NCBI GenBank assembly: GCA_040954595.2
Contig: CM082593.2
Span: 4,357,434-4,421,433 of the forward strand
DNA length: 64,000 nt
Origin: Balanoglossus misakiensis
Taxonomy: Eukaryota; Animalia; Hemichordata
Direction of reading: 5' to 3'
Below, piece after piece: positions 36,407 to 49,300 of the stretch (its first letter is position 1; each line of letters begins with the position of its first letter). The position numbers and the translations under genes were made by a program. The notes beneath the pieces were generated by a model. It was not told the origin of the DNA. It saw only the letters and a program-made list of their open reading frames with translations, and did no database searches.

Positions 36407-38720
36407 TGATATGCGATGATGTTCAAGACGAAATAAGTCCATTTAACATTCATATATTTACGTGGCATGGTCATGTATGATTCCGCATGCGTATCATACA
36501 AAGAAGATGAGATGTGATTGGACGAAGGGCAACAGGATCATGAAGAAAGCGGCTGTATATCCAACCAAGAGAGAATGGCCAGAAACAAGAAACGGTTGCG
36601 AGAAAACGTGGCAAAAATTGTGTTCACCTCTGTCATGGCTCATATCTGAATAAAATGTCACGTCGTGACAGATTCGTGGTAAAACTTTTTCACAAATAAA
36701 GAGATGGAGTGCGGGGTAATTCGTATTTTACTGTATCAGCTATTCTAACCACTTTAAACAAGGAAACTACGATCATATCTATATATTGGATTAATTTCAA
36801 AACAATTAATAATAACCTAAGCTTCTAATGAAGATCTGGAAACCTGCATGCTAAAATATTATTCCGAGCAGGGTAGCGACGCATGTGCGTTGTACATCTT
36901 ACAATTCTTGCTTTATATTAAAGCTGTCACATGTCACGGTTATGAATCCTTTGATCACGGTCGAGTTTGAATCCCATAAATTAAAATGAAAAAAAAAGAT
37001 ACTTGGCAATTACATCGGTGACTGGCCGAAAATGACTGTTACCCATCTGAGTACAGTTCAACAAGATGACGGATTCCTATAGGGCCTAAATGGATAAACA
37101 TGTTTATCAACCCTAAAATAATCTTACTTTGTAATACAGGGGGACAGTCCAAAAGAATATTTGCTTCACAGTTTGAAACCACTCAAAAGGTTGTGATATG
37201 ATGCGTACAGGGAATTACCTCGCCGCACAGATATTAAACGAAGTCCGATAAATTGCTGCTGCAAAAAGCACACAATTAAAAATCGTATTAAGCAACAAAC
37301 ACGCGTCGCTACCCTGCACCAATCTTTACAGTTTTCTCCTCGGTAGTTGCACGTTAATAATGCCCCGAAAAAGTGTCTTTCTACGTAATTGTTCATATCA
37401 TTGTAAAAGTGTAGTCTGGTAGCAATGGTTTGGGATGTACTCATAAGTGCTCGTCAAGTCACGTGCAGGAACTGGCCCTGTATTGAATTCTTTTGTCATT
37501 TGGTCGGCATGTAATGTAACCAACAGTTTTTAACTTGTTAAATATATATAAATATATAATGGTAAAAATTAATTGACAAAGGGTATAATTATTCATAAAT
37601 TGTGTCATTATATTTCTCACATGAAATGAAGGTGGTCACAGAAGTAATGAAAAATTAATATCATAAAGTAAACTTCAGTTTCATGTCTTTTATGTTTTCA
37701 ACCCGGCATGTGTGACGTGACTGCAAGAATTCATGATATTAGTGTGTCTGTGATTTTGTATAATAATAAATTTCCTGAATAATATAACAACCGTACAGTA
37801 TTTTTGTACTATTATGGATGGCAATGTACCTGAAATACTAAATTTACAAATATTTGAGCACAGTCTTATTTCTGAATTCTTTTGGAATACAGTTCATTTA
37901 TAATATCCAGTGTATCTGCATATGCTCATCAAAACAGTGATTAATTTTAAGAGAGATAGTCTCTTGCTCTTAACATTATTTGGGTTATTGCTGTCTCAAG
38001 TTCATGAGACGTCAGTCATAAACAATCTTTCTATATTCTGTGTCTAAGCAATGTGCGTCCTTTGATGCCATATGGCTATAAAAATTTATTGTATCGATCA
38101 GGAACTATGTTTTTTTAAGTATATTGTATCTACCTTTGTAATTCTACTCACTCAAATTCTGCTCACATCCTGTTTTGGAATATTCTGGGAACACATCGAG
38201 GAGACAAAAATGGCCACCCCTCGACATTAGGTTTTTGCTTGGCCTCAAGGTTTTGTCCGTTCATCATGGTCCGTTGCACATTGATGTCAGCTCGGCATTT
38301 GGTATAATTTCTTGTTTGTGACATCGTGAACTTCCTCCGTTATTGTGATGCCTGCTATTACTCAGAGATTGATTGCGCCATGTTGTGGTTTTGTAAGCTT
38401 GTGGATTGTTAACATTTTAGTGCAGAATTTATTAAGTTCGGAGATATCTTCAGTTGTCGTTTCTGGAATCTCTCAGAAACCGAAATGCGCCGCTCAATGC
38501 ACGTAATTATCCTAGAACCACCTATTTATCATTTTCCTGTAAGATACAAAAGTGTAATTAAGTTTTGAATATGGATCATTAACGTGGCATTTTCCACGTT
38601 GTACAAACACTATTTACATAATCATATTTTTATCGCAACATTTAATGTTATAATTGTATTTAATAGTGATGCCTTAGCGATGTTTAGATATTAAAGAAAT
38701 ATGAACATACATCAACAAGT
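36407..38720 (+). other. Probable 3'UTR of the synaptotagmin gene, with several poly(A) signals
   Basis: AATAAA at 36649, ~36695 and ~37765. Distal ATTAAA at 38690-38695 is followed ~25 nt later by a GT/T-rich tract (gtctgttttattattt). Confidence 0.5.
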
Positions 38721-39891
38721 CTGTTTTATTATTTATATTGGTCGAGTAACTGTCTTTATGGAGGGCAATTGAGACATCATAACCTAAAAATTGTCTTGCT
38801 TCATTAGTTACGTGACGCAATAAGTCACTTTCATGACACCCATATGACCTTGCATCATACTTCCGGTGGTGGTGGGTTGTGGCAAAACACCCATTTTATA
38901 ATCAAGGGTAAGAAAAGTGCAAGTCCGGGTTCAAAGGTCGTACCATATGATGATTGACACACACAAAAGTAATATATACTTTTCCTTTATTATCTTGGAG
39001 AATTTCCTTCCTTGCCACAGTTTAAGTGACACCATTTCTCGAGATTACTCGAAGCCTCTTATTAGCTCAGCTGCTGGATGAAAAAAGAGCATCCGATACA
39101 TTCATCTTCAAAATGATTAAATTACTATTGGAAATTGAAATACAAGTATGTGCAAGTTATTAAACGAAGTGATCCACCCTGAATTCCTTTCGGTTCAACA
39201 GCGGAGTAGCAAGTACTACTACAACCGTTATTTTTCAACCACGTGCTCCTAACCCATGCACTCATAGGCTGAAAGCGCCACCAACGACCTGACTATCAAG
39301 CATGCGCAATTGGCCAAAGTTTCTTGTCAGTATTACACAAACATGCACCATCCCTATTATAAATACAACATATGTTTTTCGCGAGAGGATGGCGAATACT
39401 GCAAACTTCTTTGAGTTGCCAATGATAAAGGCTCTACCCCAGCTAATACTACATCGTTTGCACCACAGCACCGTAGCTAATCAGGCAAACTGAAACCTTA
39501 TTCGAGTAATCAAAACTCGGAATACTCAACTTTTTTCCCGTGGAGGGGACATGTAACGCTGGCCTTGAAGTTGTATAGGTTACTGACATAGTACAGAAGC
39601 AATAAAGAAGCTTCCAGAAATAATTTTGGTTTATTGTAGTCGGATTTCTTGATCAATTTTGCTCCCGTTGCGCCCATAAAAATGAGCCGTTTTCGTTAGA
39701 AAATCATAGGTAGCCATACAAATTGGGCAGGGATCGATACGTACTTTTCTACACATATTAAGTCCCTGCCCGTAGTAACTTGTCGCTTCCGACTTCCTAC
39801 TGACTCACGGAAAGGCTGATAATAAGAGTCCACTATGCATCCTTGTCCACTTGAGCTTCGAAATAATGTAAGGCAATGGCAGTGGTTTAAT

Positions 39892-39920
39892 CACAGACAA
39901 AGAATTTCTCTTTGTCTGTG
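39892..39920. repeat. Perfect 12-bp inverted repeat with 5-nt loop
   Basis: cacagacaaaga-atttc-tctttgtctgtg. A second short palindrome, cactgga-c-tccagtg, follows at ~39948-39962. Confidence 0.85.
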
Positions 39921-42099
39921 GTTTAATTAAAGGTACAGCCAGTATCTCACTGGACTCCAGTGGCTTCTATTGAATCAAGCACGGTTCTACACTGCGGAAA
40001 GTATATACTATATAAACTATAGAGGTCGCTGTCAACATTCACCACAACAGCAATGCCTCCACGTCATGACAATTACACGAATGTACTATATTTTGTGGTC
40101 TTGAACCAAATGCTGTATTTTACACCGAGTTATGCATGTGTGTGGCGCCCCCAGGTGGTCGATTACCAAAATATAGACGTGATGACCGAGCTCGCACGTC
40201 GATTAATATTCGGTGTTTTCGAAAGCTGTAACTTTTCGCTGTGCAGTTTCAATCCTCTGAAGCATGTGGAAATGCCCAGTATCCAGTTTATTGGCACGAC
40301 CTGTATGTATATATATAATGCATACGTAGACAGTATTGCAGTGTTCAAGCCCGGACTACTGTATTACACACATACAAGCTACGTTGACAAGCGGAGTACC
40401 TCGGCGATATTCTGTTGGAGTAAAGAAAGAACTTCACGGAACAAAATACTGAAAACAAAGCTCAAAGGCACAGCTTGTATCCCTTTATCGTTGTTCTCCT
40501 GCGAAAGAAGGGGACAAAAATCATAAATTGCAAAGCTTGTTGTGAAATTCCGTCCACTCAGTTAACGACGTAAAAGTCAATGCACAGTCCGTCCAGAGGG
40601 AGTGTAGGTCATGCAACGCGATATCACTAAGGCTGTCTAGCCTACATGGAACAATTTCAACATATTATCATCTTACTCCTCGTACCTATATTGGCGCCTT
40701 TGACGCGATGTCAGGCGACAAGCTTATTTGGGTTGAAATTCCATTCCAGACTCAATATGGCCTTTTATTATTGAGCAAGGTCAATGTCCGCTCGTTGGTC
40801 AAATATCCAAGTTCTTGCTGGTATTTCAGCTGCACTTAGCCTACATTCACAAATTGTCATGTGTTACTTAGTGAATTGAACTTTCAATGTTTGGTACACT
40901 GATAGAATATACTTCAAACAGGGCGAAAAACGGAAAGTGATTTGGTGCGTTAATTATAGAGAAAGACTCGCCCTCTCCACTAGGGTCGGTACGTTTGCTA
41001 TCTTTGGGGGAGGGATCAAATTTTAAAGATTCGCGGCACCCAATCAGTCGATCCGAGATGGCTTTTTTGTCAAGTTGACAAAAAGGTGGCAAAAAGTGAA
41101 TTCATTGCAGGAGGGCCCACCGTAAATCGGTAATTAAGATGTACATTTGACCAATATAAGATTTATAATGGTGAACTATGTTCATATCGATGCGCACTGA
41201 CGTACGTTTCCTCCAGATGAAGAAAGAAAAGCATTGTGCATCAACGCATGACGTAATTCATGACGCAATTTCTCGATAATTTGATTATATTACCAAGCCG
41301 AAACAGTCTCTTTCACTAAAATGTTTAAGGCAGCATGTATATGTCGACGAACACAGAGAAATTAACGCAACCTCGCCTCGTGAATGACGCAAATAAGTGC
41401 ATTTTGCAGGCCTGGTCTGAAACGGCTAACTTGAAAGTGGTAAAAAAAATCAAGTGCTGCCCGTTTTTGTCATTTTGTCTAAGGATATTTATCCGTTTGA
41501 AAAATAAGTCATTCTAACGGCTAATAAGTCACATTTTATGATTTTTTTTTGAGCCATGGACAACTGATGTGCAACTTGAATCTGTCCCTTGCGTGGTTGT
41601 CATGATTACACAAAACGCAATTGTCAATCTCACCGTCAGCGGTAAGGTTCGCCGACGAGTGGTCTCAGTACGACAATGCTCGCGCTAAGTTATGAAAGGA
41701 CGCCAAAATAGCGCTGAATAAAGAGTGTTTAGCATTAATGAGGTAGTGTTGACTGGTACAACTATTGGATCTCAAGTGGAAGTACGCACTATTGACAACA
41801 AGGGGTGTGTTGACTCGTTCGCTTTTGGGGCGACAATTACAATTTTCCGACTTTCACAAACTGTACCCTCAAAGTCATGGTTTTAAATCAATTCCATTCA
41901 GAACTGGTAGAGAGTTTTTTTTTAAAAAACCGAACCGAAATGCTAATAGATAAAAAAGTTGAAACTGCCGGCCAATAGGCATATGGACCTTTGAAAATCT
42001 CAGTAGAGGATATCCGTGGTCAAGATCAAAGTCAAAAGGTGATATTTGGACAGTACCGAAGAGTGGACTGCAAACACATACATAACTGATAAGCACTTT

Positions 42100-44400
42100 T
42101 AAAGGCGCTAGTTAGCTTGTCGGGGCATGGAGCTGTTGTAGAGCGCCATGGTCTGCATGGGTAACTCAACATTGAACCTGTGGGATTGAACCCGCACAAG
42201 GACATGGGGCGGGGCGGGGGTAGGCAAGCAGTGTGCCGTCGTCGCCATTTACACTTTTTAATACGCAAATTTGCATGTGGATCTCTTCTCCTCAAGTTGA
42301 ATTTTGTCGTTATGTATAAGACGGGGTACAGATTAGCAGGCAATTTGATATATCCCTTGCTGGAATGGCAGCAAGTTGTGATTCCCTCCATACATTTCGA
42401 AATATGTAACTATTTGTTGACGTGTGCGAAATGAAGATAAATGTCGTTCTCCTCCCCCCGGTCGGTTCGCACAAGGAGGCCATGTATTATTTTCGACTGT
42501 CTCCCCTGTGAGTAATGTAATAGGCCCGCGACACTCCGTTCTCCTTTCTGCCCTGTTGAATGGTAGGCGCCGGGTTGGCGTCAGGGCTGGCTCAGCTTGG
42601 GGCCAAACGGTCATCAAGGCTAAAAGGACCAGCGCTGTCGTTGGATGTTGGCCCGTAAAACTTGAACGTACACTAAATTGTCTGCATTGAGAGAAAACGC
42701 GAAAAGTTTTCTTACGATTGTGACGATAGAATAGAGTGACAAAGAGAAATATTTATTTCAAGATGCTTCATGGACAAAAAATCTTTTTGGCTGTGGTTTG
42801 CTTGAAAACAGCGCCCTCAAGAGAGAGGCGAATCAATTATCCCTCCGATTGTCTATTCTGTAAATTACAAGGAAGAAAAAAGAAAACACTTTTCCCTGTT
42901 GCGTAATACTATTGTCTAGACGAGGTTCAATGAATATTCGTGTTGTCTCCTCGAGAAATTTTGAGAGCTTCCCTTCTACCACGCGTGATGTATTCTCTCT
43001 CTGTGTTGTTTTAACAAAATTCTCTTCGTTTTTCATTCCATCCAACACACGCCAAAGTCTCGGCCTCTTCTGAACTTGAGTATTGGTATGCACGCAACTC
43101 AAAATTCAGAACACATAAGGAATATTTTGAAAAATCACAAAACAGTGCAAAACGCATCCACCGCCAGGGAAATTTCTCGACGTTGGAATTCGAACTGTCA
43201 AATAATCCGAGTATCTTTAGAGGGGGTGCGAGCTGTGGATAGGAGGGCAGTGTGACGTCACGACTTATTAAATACGGCTGAACAAACTGGGTTGTTACAG
43301 CTATGGCGGCTTTCCGAGGTAGCGTCTTGAGGATTTCGACTTCAGCGCTGTTTATCCTTCTTCTACATCTATCCAAATCGGGTAAGTTTTGATCGATTGT
43401 CAATACTTTGCGCCGGGGCGCGCCGTGTTTCGGTCTGGCTGCGACGAGGCACTTGTATCAGCAAGGGAATGCGCGGATACACTTCTTCGCGAACGGCGAC
43501 AGAACTTCGGTGTATATATATTTTGGTGCTTCTTTACCGCGTAATTTGGTTATTCTGCGCGGTTTGCGTTGCTGCGATTTCGCACCCAGCACATCTGACG
43601 AATTGTGGGCCTGCTTTTGTCAGAATCCGCCTCGTCCGCGGACGATCACTGCAGTTTTGGGGTACCCAAAACTTACGTCAGCACTATAGTTTCAATCGAC
43701 TTCCTGTAGTACTCCGCTGTCATGCGTGCCAGTCGACTCGGGGCCCCATCCAAGGTGAAGTCATGAAGATTGGGGATATCTGATTTTGTGTTTACATTTA
43801 TTCTCGCAGCAAAACGCGAAAAGTCAGGCCCATTCCGCGCCTTTAGACGGGTCACGTTTGTCAACAAAACGGGTTCCTGTCCGCAGCACCGCCTTCGTTA
43901 ACCCATACGATGCGTTGGTGTTCGCCAAAGTTGCTCTTTCCGATCCGATTCGACTTGGCCCTTTGTTCCAGCGAGTCCTTCGTTTTGAAATTGCGACCAC
44001 TCGAGCTCGGAGCCGCTCAGTCGACAGCGTCTTTGCATAACGAAATCCTAGTGAAAATTCCCATTGAATGTTGAGATTACACGCTGCTCCAGTGGGGCTT
44101 CGGAAACCCTACATGTGTCCATTTCACCGCCGTTACTGAAATCTGACATGAAGGGTTTCGTTCGCGAGTATACATGTATACGAGTAAATGCATGGAGGAT
44201 GACGGAAACGTTTGCAGGCGATCGGTGGTGAAGGCAAAATCCTTCAGACAGTGAGCTGTGTTTTGCGATCGGTCTACTGTGACCTGATTACACTACCAAC
44301 CATTTTGACCCAAGCATAATGTCTCACCCCCTCGCCTTACCGAGACAGTCGCAAACCCTAGTCACCCACATTCGTACCAATATCATGAACGTCAGATTTC
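42100..44400 (+). promoter_or_regulatory. CpG-rich promoter / first-exon island of the second gene
   Basis: Visibly high CpG and GC around 43200-44050. GGGGCGGGGC GC-box at ~42206, ATTTGCAT at ~42269, palindromic CRE GTGACGTCAC at 43252-43261 and an AT-rich TTATTAAATA box at ~43265. Confidence 0.55.
43303..43381 (+). CDS. First coding exon of an unidentified secreted or membrane protein (signal-peptide-like MAAFRGSVLRISTSALFILLLHLSKS)
   Basis: ATGGCG start, basic n-region and hydrophobic h-region (ALFILLLHL). Consensus G|GTAAGT donor in phase 1, typical after signal-peptide exons. Lies in a CpG-rich island. Confidence 0.7.
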
Positions 44401-44746
44401 GATGACAGTTTTGACAGGTCCAGCAACAGAACAAATTTGTGTCAAAACTGTGGCATCAATGATTTTGAGTTGTGGTGCAGTAATTGAGAGACTATAATCT
44501 TTGGGCGTTTCAAGATCGACGTTGACCTAGTTGTCATAGTGAATGGTCAGTCAGATCAGAGCCAGTGCAAATAAAGACATGTTGGAAGAACGAAAACAAC
44601 TTGACATTTCAGTCATCTGAGGACAGTAGTATTTGTGCATGAATCATACAAAGTTAAATAAAGCAAAACAAGTACACTGGAACTTCTGTCAGTATTGTTT
44701 TATTCGTGGTATTATTGTATGTAGTAGAATAAAAAATTACATCACT

Positions 44747-45025
44747 TTAAAAGTCTGTTGTTTTGTAGCTGTGTTTATTTCAGTAGTTTTGTTGTATATA
44801 TCATCAGCCTCACTTTCATACCGAACTGTTATTGTTGACAAATAATTCAAGTCCGGACTTCAATTCAGTTTGCAACAACAGTGTTGACTGTACACATATA
44901 AGTTGTTGTTAAGCTGTATGATGACATTTAGGGCATTTATGAGGAACTAAACAAGAAATTGCTTTTGATTCACAAGACAAAAAAATATGAAAAATGTTCA
45001 AAAGTTACAGTTGAGTGATCTAGAG
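44747..45025. mobile_element. Palindromic MITE, same family as 32358-32569
   Basis: Central aattcaagtccggacttcaatt at 44844-44865. The right arm aligns by eye with 32400-32555 (gttgact..acatata.gttgt, gggcattt, aacaagaaa.tgc, aaagttacag). The left arm is a diverged inverse of the right arm. Confidence 0.65.
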
Positions 45026-46269
45026 GTCCACAAAGTTGTTGGTCCATACCAAACTTCCCCTTGTAATAAATCTCGGCAATCGGTATGGACTTTGTTTCCT
45101 TTGCGTAATACAAGTATGACTATCTTGAATATTGAAACTTGGCGACATAGCAGTTCTTCATTTAATTTCACAGATACACCTAAATAGATATGCTAACTTA
45201 TCGAGCTTTATCAATCTCTGAAACTGTTCTCCTAAGTCAACAGAACCAGAAGTGCTAAATAGCATTTTGAGTGTTTTGCTGGCAAAGGGAGAGCTTTTTC
45301 GATAAGATGCACGAGAGATGAATTAGTATGAACGATAGGTTTTGGCAGAAAATGTTTGAAGACCACCTGATAAGGTATCGGGCACTTTCTGTGTTGAGAG
45401 GTCTTTAATATATTGCTTATACTTTTTTATGGAAGTCGGCGTATCCAAGAGCTAAAGAGTATAGCAACTCCTGATAGAATGGCGTATCAATATTTTACAC
45501 TTGGCTTGTTCTGGCTAAATCATAACATAGGCATATTTAGCATTTCAGGGAATAATTGTGAGGTAGGTGGCGGCGCGTTTAATTTAGTCAAAGCGCCGTA
45601 GACAGTCTGCTGGGCCGAATGCCTGTTTATTAAATGTGCAGCGATGAATTCTGTGTTGTGTCAGATATACAGTGTAAATATGGTTACAGTGAAATGCCGT
45701 TTATCGTAGCCTGCCACAACTGTATCTGACTCAATTTTAGAAGTGAAAATCCAATAACTCTTGTGTAGTGGCTAAGCATCTTCACTGTCAAACTGAACCA
45801 AAACGCAAATGATCAGATCACGCCAATACGATAAATTATTTGAATAACTTCGGAAATAAATTTGTATTAAATTTACAGAGAATTGACGCGGAGATAGACG
45901 CACTCTCGGTAAGATTTAATCCCGAATGAAATTATGAAAAATGAGACGTCGGTTTGTGCTGGATAAATTTAAGCTTAATTGGATCTTCCAAGATGGCGCT
46001 AGTAGGAAATTTAATAGTGTCAAGCAAAGCTTGTAGTAGCAGGTCCCAGAGATTTTGAAACCGAATGCAGGGACTTGACGTACAAACGTGCACCTCGCAA
46101 AGGGGCAGGGATTAAATTTGAATTATTTAGCTGTCGTTGGTGTGTGTGTTTTTTTCGGTGAAAGACAATGCATTTGCTATGGGAAAACAAGCAAGTGTTT
46201 ATGCAGCAGTGACCTCGGTAATAGGAAGCAACAAAAGTCCTGGCCGTGACTGCGGGCAAGGCTGGGGCG

Positions 46270-46390
46270 TTTTCGAAGTGTGAAATGCAATGTGGAGCTC
46301 AGTACTCCATGTGGGATCTGATACGGCAAAAGTATACAATTTCCGTGGAAATTTCCCCACGGAATTTCAGTCGGCCTTTGAGGCTTAGAT
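46270..46390 (-). mobile_element. Decayed non-LTR retrotransposon (CR1/L2-like) ORF2 fragment
   Basis: The minus strand reads ...STEIVYFCRIRSHMEY*APHCISH, resembling the post-RT motif LYxxLVRPHLEYCxxVWxP, with an in-frame stop. Confidence 0.45.
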
Positions 46391-49300
46391 TACTGCTGTC
46401 TGAGCTCGAAATTGGAAAGAAAGACTTTTCAGGCAGAATTGGGCTGGTTTGATGAAGTCACTGACAGGTTGCGGTATCAAGCCAGGCAATTTGCCCAAAG
46501 TCAGTTTTTTAGTCCTTTTAAGGTAAAATGAGAGAGGTGGTTACTATGGTGATATGGTAATGCAATGGAAAATTGAAGTTTGCTTGGAACTGATATTTTC
46601 CTTCAAATCCAGTTTATCCTATTCCTGTCTTCCAGATCTGTGGGAGCTATTGTTATTACTGTACATTCAGAGTGTGAAAAATCTCATCCTGCTGTGTTTT
46701 GAATAATTTCTGATTTAATTAATTACACCGGGTCGTAGGTTGCTACTCAAGTGATGGCTTCACAAAATTCCAATTCTACGAATGAATCTATTTTGTTGTT
46801 GCAGAATTCCTGTCATTTCTCCGTGTAATACATTACATTTATAACACCTTTACACTTTGACAGTGTTTGTTTCTCGTGGTAACATCTGTGTGTGAATTTG
46901 GTTTACTCTTGTGCTCAGTTTTTTTTTATGAATGCACAACTCGTATTTGTTTTGCCAGCAAATGATATTATGATTACAAGTGATGTGTTGACGAAAGTAA
47001 TAAATTTTTGTTTGGAAATGTTTGATTGGCAGCGGGGACTGTGAAAGCCGGGCCCAGGAATGGCAACTCGGTAACTGGATTATGGCAGGCTGACTTTCCT
47101 TTCAGATGTAGAACAAACCGAGTATTGAACCAGTGAACAATGCGATATTAAGTGCGACAGTCTGTTTTGGGAATTTTTTTGAGAAGTGAGAACACTGAGG
47201 GGAAATGTTTTCCGACGATTCAAGGGTCGGGGGGAACAAACGCCTCCGTGAACCGGGTTTCAAATGTTCTCCACAAGTACCCGGGCGTCTACGTACAAAA
47301 GTGAGTTTTCTTTCACCTCTCGAAGTCAAATCTATTGAAATGAGTCAAACAAGGGACGGTGGTGTTCTTGGGTTGTAAGCGAGCCCCGGCACAAAAAAAC
47401 CCAGTATTGTTTATGCAGGCCGAAGAAAAGGAAGGTTGTTGTCAGTTCCATGCTTTAGATTTCATGCCTGGTTGGTCTTCTATGCACTTGTAATGATCAG
47501 TGCTTCACAATGGCTTTATTTGACATCTGCCCGGCGAGCTACAGAACTTTCTGAATATGGATTTTTTGCGGTTCTGTTTGTGTTTACAGGCATCTTCGGG
47601 GCATCCTTGCCTGTTCTGTCTAGCGACGGCGTGTCTCGCTCGTTTGATGGTGTCTGTCACTTGCAATGAGAAGGTGAATAAACTCAGCACAGCGTCGGCT
47701 TCGAGCAGTTCACACAGAGCTGTGGTATTCCTTCCGTCGGATTCACATACAAGAAATATGGGTTAATTACTGACCATTCTTCCCAGAGTGTCACAATGTC
47801 AAGTAGACTGAAGGCTGGTTTGCCACGTGACGTTAACAACACTTCACAAAGCACAAGTGGTCAGCCATCCAGAATTCAATGTCATTGACTGTTGCTTGTT
47901 TCAGTACTTTGTGCAGCTTTGATGTGTATTACTTAATTAAACTCCAGCACTAAGCTCCCATTTCCTGCAAATTCAATATGGTTTTGCTAAATTAATTAGA
48001 TAGTGATAATACTTATTTTCCCCCTGATAAAATATTTTGATAAACAATTAATTAGGTTTACAATAATGTAGCTATATATACTGAGATTCCAAATTAATGA
48101 AAAATTTAGATTTTAACTTAATGAAAGATTTAATAAAGGTCTGTTACTATGGTATTGCAGGGCTTGCTGTTTAAAATATCAATTGCATATTTGAATTTTA
48201 ATCATCTGATTTGTTAATCTTGTTTGACAGTTTTTAGGTTCAGAATCACACCTATCCTCTGTTGAGGATTCTGCGGCATGTAGATGAGATGGAGTTTGAA
48301 ATATTGTGTTAATTAAAAGATTGAGTCTTAGCGGTAAATAGTTTGAGGTTTTGTTGGAACTTGGTGTTGATATACAGTATTAAGGCGTAGTAATTGAATT
48401 TTTTCAAATGCCAACTTTGACTCAGGTTGTTGTAAACATTGGACTGTCACACATGTTTGTCTTAGCATCAGGGAGATTTGACAGAAGAATAGGTTCTAAG
48501 CTGGAGACTTGGGGTGGAATAGAGTGTGAAAATAAGCCTGGGACTATCCCCGCCAGGCATTAAGGCCTACAGAACTATAGAACATCATTTTCAAAAGTTG
48601 GAAACAAGCCAATCGACACCCTCCAGACAAGAGCCTCTTAGAATGTTTTGATGCAGTGCATTGTGGGAACAGCAGGCAGGAGACAGTAGGCTATAGTGTG
48701 ATCGGCTGGCTGGACATTGTGGTTTGTCTGACTTGGCTAAGCAATTAGGCGGTTCTGATTGTCAAAACATGGGGGGAACACAATTGGGCACGGAGTCTGG
48801 CTTTGAAGTCACATTGCTGGATACTTCGCAGGAGTGACTTTCCATTCAGCCAACCACGGAGCAGCAGCAACTCGTGGCATTTGACACTCTGAATGTTTGC
48901 GGCGTGAATGCACAAAATTATATCATTACCTTACCAACAGAAATGTTCCCATTGGAAGAAAATTGAAATGCAAAACTGAAAACCATTCATTCTTAAAAAT
49001 TGTATTTTACCAACACTCCAATGGCCATGTGGTCACCTTTAAGATATCGTCAGCTGACCTCTGACCTCCCACCTCGAGGTCAGCCGGTAAACATAGACAT
49101 ATTTGCAGACGGATTATAGAATTTTGCACCTATCTTTCTAGTAATCCTTCTGTCAAAGATATCATTTTCTGTCTGTTTTGCATTGTAAATCAGAAACGAA
49201 ATCATGAAGCGATGACAGTTGTTTGATAGTTGTCAAGAACAACACACTGTTCTCAAGGTTGACGGTTCACCGTTTTTTTCTTCTCCATTTGACCGCATCT

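Noticed and set aside
40053-40526. 157-aa ORF (likewise 9472-9885, 43011-43403 and 43397-43783)
   Set aside because: No recognisable domain or splice-consistent structure. The 43 kb ORFs reflect the high GC of the promoter island.
42104-42200. tRNA gene
   Set aside because: Only degenerate A-box and B-box-like words (tgttgtagagcg, gggattgaaccc) and no cloverleaf. At most an old SINE head.
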